In this document: positions 1 to 8,730 of the stretch, piece by piece
Numbering within the stretch: the first letter of the stretch is position 1
How the letters are laid out: every line of letters begins with the position of its first letter
Origin: Chloroflexota bacterium
Lineage (GTDB): Bacteria; Chloroflexota; Dehalococcoidia; JACPEP01
Direction: 5' to 3'
Assembly (NCBI GenBank): GCA_016183425.1
Contig: JACPEP010000041.1
Span: forward strand, 3,704-67,703
DNA length: 64,000 nucleotides
The notes under the pieces: model-generated
Told to the model about the DNA's origin: nothing
Database searches by the model: none
What the model saw: only the letters and a program-made list of their open reading frames with translations
Program-made: the position numbers and the translations under genes

Positions 1-482
1 CCTGGTGCTTGAGATACGTCTCCCCAATCGCTGCGCCATCGGGTGAGGATATCCAGGGTTTCCTGATGGGCCTGGCGGGAATGGACTATTACCGGCAATC
101 GGCACTGGCTGGCCAGGTGAAGCTGCTTCTCGAAGACGGCCATTTGCACCTCCCGGGGCGAGCGGTTCCGGAAAAAGTCCAGACCCATCTCGCCCAAAGC
201 GACTACCTTTGGGCTATGCGTTAGGTTCTCCAGATGAGCCAAATCGGTCTCCTTCATAGCGGCGGCGTCGTGGGGGTGAAAGCCCACCGCAGCGTAAATC
301 TCGGGGTAGCGTTCTGCCAGCAGCACCGATTCCCGACTGGAAGCCAGGTGGCGGCCGGCGTTGACGATGAGCTTCACCCTTGCCTCTCGGGCCCGGACCA
401 TTACGGCGTCCCGGTCCCTATCGAATTCAGCCATGTCCAGATGGGCATGGGAATCGGCTATCCAGAAATCTGTGCCAGACGT
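1..482 (-). CDS. TatD family metal-dependent hydrolase/DNase, partial (runs off the left edge of the window); start codon not resolved
   Basis: Minus-strand translation reads ...IADSHAHLDMAEFDRDRDAVMVRAREARVKLIVNAGRHLASSRESVLLAERYPEIYAAVGFHPHDAAAMKE.... The HxH motif and overall pattern fit TatD; no stop codon lies inside the window. Confidence 0.55.
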
Positions 483-2128
483 TTTGTTTCTTCCTCCACT
501 ACCTTTTCATCCAGTTTAAGGAAGAGGGGAGCCGGTGGGGGCAGCTTCTGACCGGAGGGCACCGGGGAGAAGTGCCACCCCTCCGCCTCCAGGGATGTTT
601 GGTAACCTAGCATCTGGTGGAGCTGGATCGAGCTGAAGGGAAGGAAAGGGTAGAGAACCTGCTTTAGGCACTGGATGGCCGTCAGGGCCCCATAGAGGGC
701 GGCCCCCGCGGCCTCCCTATCCCGAGAAACGGTCTTCCAGGGGGATTTCTCGTCCAGGTAGCGGTTGGTTTCCTGGGCCAGGGCCATGGCACTGCGAAGC
801 GCCTCACGGAAGCGGCACCGGGAGAGGGAGGCATCCATGGCCTCCAAGGTGTTCTGGCAGCGGGCGACCAGGGTCTGGCTAGAGTCATCCTCCTTGTCTC
901 CGGCCGGGACGGCGCCGCCGAAGTGGCGCTGAAGGAAGGTCAGCACCCGGTGCACCAGGTTGCCGTAGGTGGCCACCAACTCGTCGTTGTTGCGTCGCAC
1001 AAACTCTCGCCACGAGAAATCGGTGTCTCCCGTCTCGGGCATGTTTATGGAGAGAAGATAGCGGAGGGGATCGGGGTGGTAGCGGGCCAGGTAGTCGGGC
1101 AGCCATACCGCCCAGTTGCGGCTGGTGGAAAGCTGTCTCCCCTCCAGGGTTAGGAACTCGTTGGCGGGAACGTCGTAAGGGAGAAGGAGACCATCGTAGC
1201 CTATGAGCATGGCCGGCCAGATGATGGTATGAAAGGGGATATTGTCCTTGCCGATGAAGTAGTAGGCCCGGGTGGGCTCTCGCCAGAACTCCCGCCATTT
1301 ATCCTCGTCCCCCTGAAGACGGGCCCACTCTTTGCTGGCGGAGAGATAACCGATGACCGCCTCAAACCAGACGTATATCCGCTTGTCCGGATAGTCAGGA
1401 AGGGGAAGGGGCACCCCCCAGGTGATGTCCCGGGTAATGGCCCGATCCTTTAGTCCCTCCTCCAGCAAGCCAAGGGTAAAGTGGCGTACGTTCTCCCGCC
1501 AGTGGCCTTGTTCCCTCACCCATGGGCTGAGAGAATCGGCTAAGGCGGTGAGGCGCAAAAAAAAATGCTCTGAGTCCCTGAAAGTGGGCGTGGCGCCACA
1601 TATGCCACATCTCAGGTCAATTAGCTCCCATGGATTGAGGGTGCGGCCACACTCGTCGCACTGATCCCCCCGAGCATTCAGGTAATGACAGTGGGGGCAG
1701 GTTCCCTCCACGTAGCGATCAGGGAGGAAGCGCTGGCACTGGGGGCAGAAGGGGAGAGACATCTTATCCTTGTAGATGTACCCCTTGTCCAGGAGCTTTA
1801 GAAAGATGTGGTGGGTTGTCTCCTTATGATTGACTGTCTCCGTGGAGGTAAACAAGTCCCAGGAGATGCCCAAGCTTTGCCAGCAATCCAGGAACTGCTG
1901 GTGGTAGCGATGCACTACCTCCTCGGGCGATACCCCTTCCCGTTGTGCCCGAAGGGTGATGGGGGTGCCGTGGGCGTCGCTTCCGGAGACCATAAGCACC
2001 TGATCGCCTTTGAGGCGGTGGTAGCGGGCGAAGATGTCCGCTGGAAGATAGGCGCCGGCGATATGTCCCAGGTGAAGGGGGCCGTTGGCGTAGGGCCAGG
2101 CGACGCCGATGAAGATGCGTTCCGTCAC
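458..2128 (-). CDS. metG: methionyl-tRNA synthetase
   Basis: 556-aa ORF with the class I aaRS HLGH motif (PLHLGHIAGAYLPADIFARY), zinc-knuckle CPxC/CPHC pairs and a KMSKS-like region. Confidence 0.9.
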   Translation of the reverse strand: MTERIFIGVAWPYANGPLHLGHIAGAYLPADIFARYHRLKGDQVLMVSGSDAHGTPITLRAQREGVSPEEVVHRYHQQFLDCWQSLGISWDLFTSTETVNHKETTHHIFLKLLDKGYIYKDKMSLPFCPQCQRFLPDRYVEGTCPHCHYLNARGDQCDECGRTLNPWELIDLRCGICGATPTFRDSEHFFLRLTALADSLSPWVREQGHWRENVRHFTLGLLEEGLKDRAITRDITWGVPLPLPDYPDKRIYVWFEAVIGYLSASKEWARLQGDEDKWREFWREPTRAYYFIGKDNIPFHTIIWPAMLIGYDGLLLPYDVPANEFLTLEGRQLSTSRNWAVWLPDYLARYHPDPLRYLLSINMPETGDTDFSWREFVRRNNDELVATYGNLVHRVLTFLQRHFGGAVPAGDKEDDSSQTLVARCQNTLEAMDASLSRCRFREALRSAMALAQETNRYLDEKSPWKTVSRDREAAGAALYGALTAIQCLKQVLYPFLPFSSIQLHQMLGYQTSLEAEGWHFSPVPSGQKLPPPAPLFLKLDEKVVEEETKRLAQISG

Positions 2129-2282
2129 GGGACTATTCTACCATAAGGAAATCCAGGATAGCAAAAGCCATGAGGAGACCATTTAACCCGCCAGAGACGG
2201 AGGGTTTTCGGGAGGGCCGTTGGCGACAGAAAAGGAACTATGCCGATGGATAGGTAGTTTGGTGAGAAAAAGCGGCGACATC

Positions 2283-2313
2283 GATGCCAAGTGTACATGA
2301 CTTGTGGTATAAT
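2283..2313 (+). promoter_or_regulatory. putative sigma70-type promoter with an extended -10 (TGgTATAAT) upstream of the sensor kinase gene
   Basis: tgtggtataat lies at about 2303-2313, roughly 45 nt upstream of the ATG at 2358. The -35 element is weak. Confidence 0.3.
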
Positions 2314-2357
2314 TATTGTGATTGGCGTAACTTGCTTTCATTTATGGCCGTAAAGAG

Positions 2358-3668
2358 ATGAGCCTCAGACAACTTAAGTGGCTGACCTTCATCTTGCCAC
2401 CCTTTGCTATTGCCCTCGTTGAATATATCCGCCATGTTCGCCTTCAGATGCACGGGTGGGAGGGCGATCTGGTGCCCGTGGTTGTGGTGGGATTAGGAAC
2501 TCTTTTACTAACCCATTTTGTTTTCCAGCGGATCTATAAGCTGGAGGCGGCCATATTACTTCGCAACGAAGCCCTGGCCGGCGTCAATGCCATCGCCGAC
2601 GCCGTGGGGCGCTCTCTGGATACAGAGACAGAGGTTAAAGTGGCCCTGGAGAAGACAGTGGCCACCACTCAGGCGGCTATGGGCGCCCTGTACCTGGTGG
2701 GCGAAGACGGGAACCTGACCCTCAAGAGCCACCACAACCTGGGCGAGGTTTTTGTGCGGGACAAGATTAACGGCCTATTTGAAGAATGCCTGCCTGGTGC
2801 TCCCGCCTTCAACTGTCGCCAGGTGATGGAGAGGATGGCGCCTCTAATAGCGACGGAAAGGGACCGGGTGGTGTCGAGCCTTCCCATCGTTTTCGAGGGC
2901 GACGTCCGGGGGACCATCTGTCTGGCCGGAGACCGTCGCCTCACCGCCTACGACCGGGAGATGCTTCTTGCCATCGGGCACCATATCGGCTCGGCCCTTG
3001 AAAATGCTCGCCTCCACGAGCAGGTGGAGAACATGGCCGTCCTGGAGGAGAGGGACCGCATCGCCAGAGAGGTTCACGACGGCCTGGCCCAGGTGCTGGG
3101 CTACCTGGCAATGAAGAGCCGCGTAGTACAGCAACTCTTGCCCGCCAACCTACCGGCGGCGACGGAGGAGCTCAGGGAAATGGAACGCTTGGCCGACGAG
3201 GCCTTCGCCGATTCCCGGGAGGTCATTTTAGGTCTCAGAACCTCCCTATCCATCCTGGACCGGGGGCTGGTACGAACCCTCACCGAGTACATCAACAAGT
3301 TCAACCATCGCAGCCCCGTCAAGGCGGAGCTCATCATCAGCGATTCCGATAAGTTTCGCTTTTCTCCCGACACCGAGATTCAGTTGATACGCATCGTCCA
3401 GGAGGCCTTAACCAATGTTCGTAAGCACGCCCGGGCCTCCCAGGCATGGGTGCGTTTGGAGGGAAAGAATGGGCTGGCCTCCGTCTCGGTAGCAGACAAT
3501 GGCCGGGGCTTCGACTTGCCTCAGGGGGCCCAAAAGGGCTTTGGTCTCCAGACCATGAAGGAGCGCGCTGAGAGCGTGGGGGGCAGCTTGGAGGTGGACA
3601 CCGTGCCCGGGCAAGGTACTACGGTTACGGTGCTCCTTCCCACCATAGTGAAAGAGAAGACATATTGA
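2358..3668 (+). CDS. sensor histidine kinase (N-terminal membrane segment, GAF domain, HisKA_3 dimerisation domain, HATPase_c); NarL-partner type
   Basis: HisKA_3 signature EERDRIAREVHDGLAQVLGYL and ATPase G-boxes (DNGRGFD, GFGLQTMKERAESVGG). Its stop overlaps the start of the downstream response regulator. Confidence 0.85.
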   Translation: MSLRQLKWLTFILPPFAIALVEYIRHVRLQMHGWEGDLVPVVVVGLGTLLLTHFVFQRIYKLEAAILLRNEALAGVNAIADAVGRSLDTETEVKVALEKTVATTQAAMGALYLVGEDGNLTLKSHHNLGEVFVRDKINGLFEECLPGAPAFNCRQVMERMAPLIATERDRVVSSLPIVFEGDVRGTICLAGDRRLTAYDREMLLAIGHHIGSALENARLHEQVENMAVLEERDRIAREVHDGLAQVLGYLAMKSRVVQQLLPANLPAATEELREMERLADEAFADSREVILGLRTSLSILDRGLVRTLTEYINKFNHRSPVKAELIISDSDKFRFSPDTEIQLIRIVQEALTNVRKHARASQAWVRLEGKNGLASVSVADNGRGFDLPQGAQKGFGLQTMKERAESVGGSLEVDTVPGQGTTVTVLLPTIVKEKTY

Positions 3669-4342
3669 AAACAGCGCGGCTCCTTTTGGTGGACGACCAG
3701 GTTCTCTTCCGGAAGGCCATCGCCAGCCTCCTCAACGCCAACCCAAACGTGGAGGTGGTGGGAGAGGCGGAGAATGGCCGAGAGGCGGTGGAGAAAGCCC
3801 GAGAGTTGAAACCCGACCTGGTGCTCATGGACATTCGGATGCCCGAAATGGATGGCATCCAGGCCACTCGCCTGATCAAGGCCAAAATGCCGGAGGTTCG
3901 CATCGTCATCCTCACCGTGTCCGACGAAGAGGAGGACCTTTTTGAGGCCATCAAAAGCGGCGCCCAGGGCTACCTCCTCAAAAACCTGCGTCCCGAGGTT
4001 CTCTTCGAGTTTCTGGAGGGCGTATTGAGGGGGGAGGCGGCCATATCCCCCGTCCTGGCTTCCAAGATACTGGATGAATTCGTAAAGCAATTCAAGAAGC
4101 CCCGCCAGGTTTTTCAGCCCGATGTAGAGCTTACCGAGCGAGAGAAAGAGGTGCTGCGATTGGTGGTTAGGGGAGCCAGCAACAAGGACATCGCCAACGC
4201 CCTCTATATCTCCGAGGGGACGGTGAAGAACCATCTTCACAATACCCTTAAGAAGCTCCACATCCGAAACCGCGCCCAGGCCACCGCTTATGCCCTGCGG
4301 GAGGGCATTGTGAAGGATACGCCCGAGGGGTATATACCCTAA
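3665..4342 (+). CDS. two-component response regulator, NarL/FixJ family (REC + LuxR-type HTH)
   Basis: Receiver motifs LLVDDQ...DLVLMDIRMPEMDG. C-terminal LuxR HTH: EREKEVLRLVVRGASNKDIANALYISEGTVKNHLHNTLKKL. Confidence 0.9.
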   Translation: MKTARLLLVDDQVLFRKAIASLLNANPNVEVVGEAENGREAVEKARELKPDLVLMDIRMPEMDGIQATRLIKAKMPEVRIVILTVSDEEEDLFEAIKSGAQGYLLKNLRPEVLFEFLEGVLRGEAAISPVLASKILDEFVKQFKKPRQVFQPDVELTEREKEVLRLVVRGASNKDIANALYISEGTVKNHLHNTLKKLHIRNRAQATAYALREGIVKDTPEGYIP

Positions 4343-4655
4343 GACCCGTATCTTTCGCTCCATATCCTTCCTCATCCCATCTGCTACTAGTCCCTTCTGC
4401 TTTGCCCAAGGGGATAGTTAAACCCGCCACTACGCCTGTCTTTAAGCTCTAGCACCCTCCAGGTACAACCTAAAATAGACCTCCTTTTTGTGAAAAATAT
4501 ATCAACTAGTGGATAGACAGGTACTAGTACTTACCCTAGCATGGAATTAGGTGATTAAACATGGAAAACAGGATGGCGAGGCAGCGGTTAATTAAGAAAG
4601 AATCATTCCTTCTGTCTCGCATCTTCGGGCCGCTAGTGGAAAAGGAGGTTCGGTC
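4343..4655 (+). promoter_or_regulatory. AT-richer intergenic region with repeated ACTAGT-centred palindromes (candidate operator sites)
   Basis: Motifs ctactagtccc, caactagtggat, ggtactagtactta, ccgctagtgg and ttgctagtgctgg occur within 330 bp. GC content is clearly below that of flanking genes. Confidence 0.25.
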
Positions 4656-4760
4656 ATGCCAGGCGTGGCGATATTGTTGCTAGTGCTGGTGGCTTTGGCG
4701 GGGGGGATTATGTATGGTATCCGGCTCCTCCTTAGGAGGCTCTACAAAGGTGCCCTTTAG
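4656..4760 (+). CDS. small hydrophobic peptide (34 aa, single predicted TM helix), hypothetical
   Basis: ATG at 4656 is preceded by a strong Shine-Dalgarno (aaaaggaggtt) 7 nt upstream. It encodes MPGVAILLLVLVALAGGIMYGIRLLLRRLYKGAL and is not in the ORF track because it is under 60 aa. Confidence 0.3.
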   Translation: MPGVAILLLVLVALAGGIMYGIRLLLRRLYKGAL

Positions 4761-4809
4761 TCAGGGAGGGCACTTAGACGGGGAACTCAAAAGGGGCCAA
4801 AGAGCAGGA

Positions 4810-5214
4810 ATGAAGGCGGCCAAGAACGTGGAAACGAAGGAAGAGCGCCAGGTGTTTATCCTTTTCAGCCACTCCTTAATGGCGGAAGGCCTGAACATTC
4901 TCCTTCGGGCCCACGATTTAAAGGTGGTGGGCGTGGACGCCCGCCAGGCCGACGCCGTGGAGCACGCCCAGCATCTCATGCGACCCCAAGACGTGATCAT
5001 CGTGGACGAAGGAGATATTGCTGTTCATCCCTCTATGAGCATCTTCCAGTTGTTCATGAAGCACCCTGACGTGACCGTGGTGGGCCTGAACGTTAAAAAC
5101 AACTCCATGGAGATATACCAAAGGGAGGTGAAAACCATGGAGCGTCTGGAGGATCTGCTGGGGATCCTCCAGTGTCCCAGCCGAAGCGGGGCCCAGATGC
5201 TTGCCGGGGAATGA
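4810..5214 (+). CDS. hypothetical protein with a degenerate receiver-like (pseudo-REC) fold
   Basis: Internal ATG at 4810 (MKAAKNVETKEERQVFILFSHSLMAEGLNILL...DVIIVDEGD...PDVTVVGLNVKNN). REC-like spacing is present, but the conserved acidic pocket is replaced by SH. The listed ORF start at 4714 overlaps the small peptide ORF. Confidence 0.4.
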   Translation: MKAAKNVETKEERQVFILFSHSLMAEGLNILLRAHDLKVVGVDARQADAVEHAQHLMRPQDVIIVDEGDIAVHPSMSIFQLFMKHPDVTVVGLNVKNNSMEIYQREVKTMERLEDLLGILQCPSRSGAQMLAGE

Positions 5215-5261
5215 AGATGACTAAGTCGAGGGAAGTCTGAAGCCTAGAGGGGAGTCGATCT

Positions 5262-5588
5262 ATGAAACGATACCTTTTCCTGGTGGTAGCCCTGGTTCTG
5301 GCAGCGGTCTTCGTCGTATTCAGCTACCGCCAAACCAGAGGCATGCCTGACTACGCCGCCCGCACCGGCGAGCCTTGTGCCACCTGCCATGTCAACCCCT
5401 CTGGAGGCGGGCCGAATACCGATCGCGGGCGGGCCTGGGTAGCGGCGGGCAAGCCGGACAAGGTGCCTGTTTTAGCGGCAACGCCTACTCCCACCTCAGC
5501 CCCTTCTCCGGCACCGGGAGAACCAAAGCCAACAACGCCACCGCCACCCCCGGAAACTGAGTACGGCGGGTGTGGCTACGACAAGTAG
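5262..5588 (+). CDS. membrane-anchored monoheme c-type cytochrome with a Pro/Thr-rich linker
   Basis: N-terminal TM helix and a single CxxCH motif (CATCH). The C-terminal tail PTPTSAPSPAPGEPKPTTPPPPPE is low complexity. Confidence 0.6.
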   Translation: MKRYLFLVVALVLAAVFVVFSYRQTRGMPDYAARTGEPCATCHVNPSGGGPNTDRGRAWVAAGKPDKVPVLAATPTPTSAPSPAPGEPKPTTPPPPPETEYGGCGYDK

Positions 5589-5639
5589 CCGGGAGGTAAA
5601 GGCGGCAGTGACAAACTTGAGAGCAAAACCAGTGAGGAT

Positions 5640-8024
5640 ATGTCTATGAACAGGCGGACATTCTTAAAGGCCTTGGGAGCCACGGGGGTCACGGCCACGG
5701 TGGCGGGCCAGTTCGTTATCAACCGCTCCACCGGCGAGGCGGGAGCGCCCCACGCTGCGGGCGTGGTTCGCAAGGGGGAGACTTGGGTTCCCACCGTTTG
5801 CTACCAATGCCCGGGGGGCTGCGGCATCCTGGCCCGGGTGGTAGAAGGCAAGGCAGTGAAGCTGGAGGGCAACCCCCAGCACCCCATCAATGAAAGGAGG
5901 CTATGCCCCAAGGGGCAATCTGCCCTCCAGATTCTCTACAACCCCGACCGCTTGCAGCACCCCCTACGCCGGGCGGGCGCCCGGGGGGAAGGACGCTGGC
6001 AGGAGATAACCTGGGAGGAGGCCATGGCCGAGGTAATCTCCCGTCTTAAGACCATCAGAGACCAGGGAGAGCCCCACACCGTGGCCATCATGCACGGGCG
6101 ATTGCGGGGTGAGATGGAAGGACTTATTCACCGCTTCCTGGAGGCCTATGGCAGCCCCAACGATATATCCTCCGCCAGCCTGGGTCGCCAGACGGCCAAG
6201 GTAGCTCACCTTCTTACCCAGGGTATCGAGGACCTCATGGCCTATGACCTGGAGAACGCCAACTACCTGCTGTCTTTCGGGGGCAGTCTTCTGGAGGCGG
6301 GGGGTCCCCCCATGCGGGTGGTGGGGGCCTATGGCCAGATTCGCCGCGGGCGGCCCAACCGGGCCAAGATTGTGACCGTCGATCCCCGCTTCTCCATAAC
6401 TGCCGCCAAGTCCGACGAGTGGGTTCCTATCGTGCCGGGCACCGATGCCGCTCTGGCCCTGGGCTTGGCCAACGCCATTATTCAGATGGGGGCCTACGAC
6501 AAGGACTTCGTGGCCAATTACACCTTCGGCTTTGAGGACTGGACTGACGAAGGGGGGCAGAAGCACAAGGGATTCAAGACCCTGGTCCTGGAGGAGTACC
6601 CGGCCAAGAAGGTATCCGAGATAACGGGAGTGCCGGTGGCCAACATCTCCCGCCTGGCCGCCGAGTTTGCCACCAACAAGCCCGCCCTGGCTATTAATCC
6701 AGACCGAGGCGCTCTTCACGCCAGCCTCGGCGGCTCCTATACCGGAGCCGCCATACACAGCCTCAACGCCCTGGTAGGCAACCTCGACCGGCCCGGAGGG
6801 GTGATGGTGCAGCGCTATCCACTCTGCGTTCCATGGCCAGACACCCAGATGGATGAAACAGCCCGGAAGGGCCTAAGGCAGCCGCGCATCGACGGAGCGG
6901 GGAGCAAGCGCTTTCCCCTGGCCAACTCCATTTACCAAACCGTGGCCCGAAACTCCTGGGAAGGCAACCCCTACCCCCTACGGGCACTCCTTCTTTACTA
7001 TACCAACCCGGTGTTCTCCAGCCCCCAGGGACAGGAGTTCGTCGCCGCCTTCCAAAAGATGGATTTCATCGTGGATTTTAGCCCCTTCTTCAGCGATTCT
7101 AACCAGTATGCCGATCTCATCCTGCCCGACCATACCTTCTTTGAGAGGTATGAGAACGACCTGCCTCCCGCGGGCACCGGCTATCCGGTGGTAGGGCTGC
7201 GCCAGCCGGTGGTGGAGCCTCTGTACAATACCCGCCATACGGGAGACGTGCTTCTCCAGGTGGCCCAGGGATTGGGAGGTGGCGTGGCCGGCTCCTTCCC
7301 CTGGAAAAACTTTGTGGAGATCCTCCAGTTCCGGCTGAGCAAGCTGGGGGTCTCCTGGGAGGAGCTGAGGAAGACGGGCGTGTGGGCCAAGCCTCTCTAC
7401 CCCTTCACCTCCCCCACGGACAGCCGATGGCACTCCGTGGTGGGCACGGACCGCCGCTATGCCCCCAAAGATGGCCGGTTTGATTTCTACATGAGGGAGC
7501 TAAAGGGCCTCTTTGAGAAAAAGGGCATCACCGAGGCCGATTTGGCGGGGATGAACATCTCGGCGCGCGGCGACCTGGTGTACCTGCCCCACTACGAGGC
7601 ACCCCACCGCACGGGAGATGCCACGGAATATCCTCTTCTCCTCAACACCTACAAGCTCATGACCCACGCCGAGGGCAAGGGAGGCAACGTGCCCGGGCTT
7701 CAGGAGATGTTGGGATTGCATGTGGGGGTCAAGTGGCAAACCTGGGCGGAGATCAACCCGCAAACGGCTCACAAGCTGGGCATTAAGGAAGGGGACATGG
7801 TTTGGGTGGAATCGCCCCAGGGACGGATCAAGGTACGGGCTAAGCTCTACGCTGGCGCTCGTCCGGACATGGTAAACATACCCTTCGAACAGGGACATGC
7901 TGCCGGGGGTCGGTGGGCACAGAGCCGGGGGGCTAATCCCAACACCATCATACCCTCGGTTACCGAGGCCTTGGCGGGAAGTGCAGCCTTTACCTCCTTT
8001 GGGGTGAAGGTATACAGAGCATAG
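5640..8024 (+). CDS. molybdopterin (Mo-bisPGD) oxidoreductase catalytic subunit, Psr/Phs/Ttr/DMSO-reductase family, TAT-exported
   Basis: Twin-arginine signal MSMNRRTFLKALGATGVTATVAG. N-terminal FeS0 cysteine motif CYQCPGGCG...C. Length 794 aa, typical of a CISM A subunit. Confidence 0.85.
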   Translation: MSMNRRTFLKALGATGVTATVAGQFVINRSTGEAGAPHAAGVVRKGETWVPTVCYQCPGGCGILARVVEGKAVKLEGNPQHPINERRLCPKGQSALQILYNPDRLQHPLRRAGARGEGRWQEITWEEAMAEVISRLKTIRDQGEPHTVAIMHGRLRGEMEGLIHRFLEAYGSPNDISSASLGRQTAKVAHLLTQGIEDLMAYDLENANYLLSFGGSLLEAGGPPMRVVGAYGQIRRGRPNRAKIVTVDPRFSITAAKSDEWVPIVPGTDAALALGLANAIIQMGAYDKDFVANYTFGFEDWTDEGGQKHKGFKTLVLEEYPAKKVSEITGVPVANISRLAAEFATNKPALAINPDRGALHASLGGSYTGAAIHSLNALVGNLDRPGGVMVQRYPLCVPWPDTQMDETARKGLRQPRIDGAGSKRFPLANSIYQTVARNSWEGNPYPLRALLLYYTNPVFSSPQGQEFVAAFQKMDFIVDFSPFFSDSNQYADLILPDHTFFERYENDLPPAGTGYPVVGLRQPVVEPLYNTRHTGDVLLQVAQGLGGGVAGSFPWKNFVEILQFRLSKLGVSWEELRKTGVWAKPLYPFTSPTDSRWHSVVGTDRRYAPKDGRFDFYMRELKGLFEKKGITEADLAGMNISARGDLVYLPHYEAPHRTGDATEYPLLLNTYKLMTHAEGKGGNVPGLQEMLGLHVGVKWQTWAEINPQTAHKLGIKEGDMVWVESPQGRIKVRAKLYAGARPDMVNIPFEQGHAAGGRWAQSRGANPNTIIPSVTEALAGSAAFTSFGVKVYRA

Positions 8025-8039
8025 GAGGAGGCAATAACG

Positions 8040-8726
8040 GTGACCAGATGGGGAATGGTTATCGACCTGGATAAGTGTGTCGCCTGCCAGGGGTGCACCG
8101 CCGCCTGCCGGGCGGAGAACAACGTCCCCTTCCAGGGGCCCGAAGGCACCGCCCAGGGGCGAGCCATGTTCTGGAACGAGGTCATTCCGGTGGTGGAGGG
8201 GGAATATCCCGATGTGAAGGCCCGCTTTTTCCCCCGCCCCTGTATGCATTGCGAGCGTCCGCCCTGCGTTTTCGTCTGTCCCGTAGGGGCCACCTACCAG
8301 GATGAGGATGGGGTGGTGCGCCAGAACTACTCTCGCTGCATCGGCTGCCGTTTCTGCACCGTGGCTTGCCCCTATGGAGTACGCTACTTCAACTGGTTCA
8401 AACCCAACTTTCCCGAGCCTATGGTGGCCTATACTAACCCCGACCCGGAGGTGCCCGTGCGCCCCAAGGGCATCGTGGAAAAGTGCGTTTTCTGCATTCA
8501 ACGGATCAATAAGGCCAAAGAAAAGGCGGCGGCGGAGGGACGGGAGCTGAAGGATGGGGACATCGCCCCCGCCTGCGTTCAAACATGCACCGGCCGGGCC
8601 CGGTACTTTGGCGACCTGGACAACCCCGACAGTACTGTCTCCCGGCTGGTCAAAAGCACCCGGGCCTTTCGCCTGTTGGAGGAGTTGGGCACCCATCCCA
8701 AGGTCTACTATCTGATGGAGGGCTAG
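8040..8726 (+). CDS. 4Fe-4S ferredoxin-type electron-transfer subunit of the molybdoenzyme (PsrB/NrfC-like)
   Basis: Multiple CxxCxxCxxxCP motifs (CVACQGCTAAC, CMHCERPPCVFVCP, CIGCRFCTVACP, CVFC...CTGRARYFGD). Confidence 0.85.
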   Translation: MTRWGMVIDLDKCVACQGCTAACRAENNVPFQGPEGTAQGRAMFWNEVIPVVEGEYPDVKARFFPRPCMHCERPPCVFVCPVGATYQDEDGVVRQNYSRCIGCRFCTVACPYGVRYFNWFKPNFPEPMVAYTNPDPEVPVRPKGIVEKCVFCIQRINKAKEKAAAEGRELKDGDIAPACVQTCTGRARYFGDLDNPDSTVSRLVKSTRAFRLLEELGTHPKVYYLMEG

Positions 8727-8730
8727 CGGC

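Noticed and set aside
2129-2357. T-box leader upstream of metG.
   Set aside because: No AGGGTGGNACCGCG T-box sequence or specifier-loop architecture was recognised in the 230-bp leader.
5964-6758. Many long ORFs antisense to well-supported genes, for example 5964-6758, 7500-8750, 9000-10163, 12850-13464, 15741-16427, 17460-18131, 22067-22870, 24599-25309, 26014-26943, 36353-37030, 46393-46935, 48387-49238, 49988-50662, 51551-52297 and 60483-61091.
   Set aside because: High-GC DNA produces long stop-free antisense frames. Their translations are low-complexity (Gly/Arg/Pro/His-rich) and they overlap genes with clear family signatures.
5640-8024. Selenocysteine (in-frame TGA) in the molybdoenzyme catalytic subunit, as in formate dehydrogenases.
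   Set aside because: The ORF is continuous with no in-frame TGA. The Mo-ligand region appears Cys/Ser-type, so it is not a selenoprotein.
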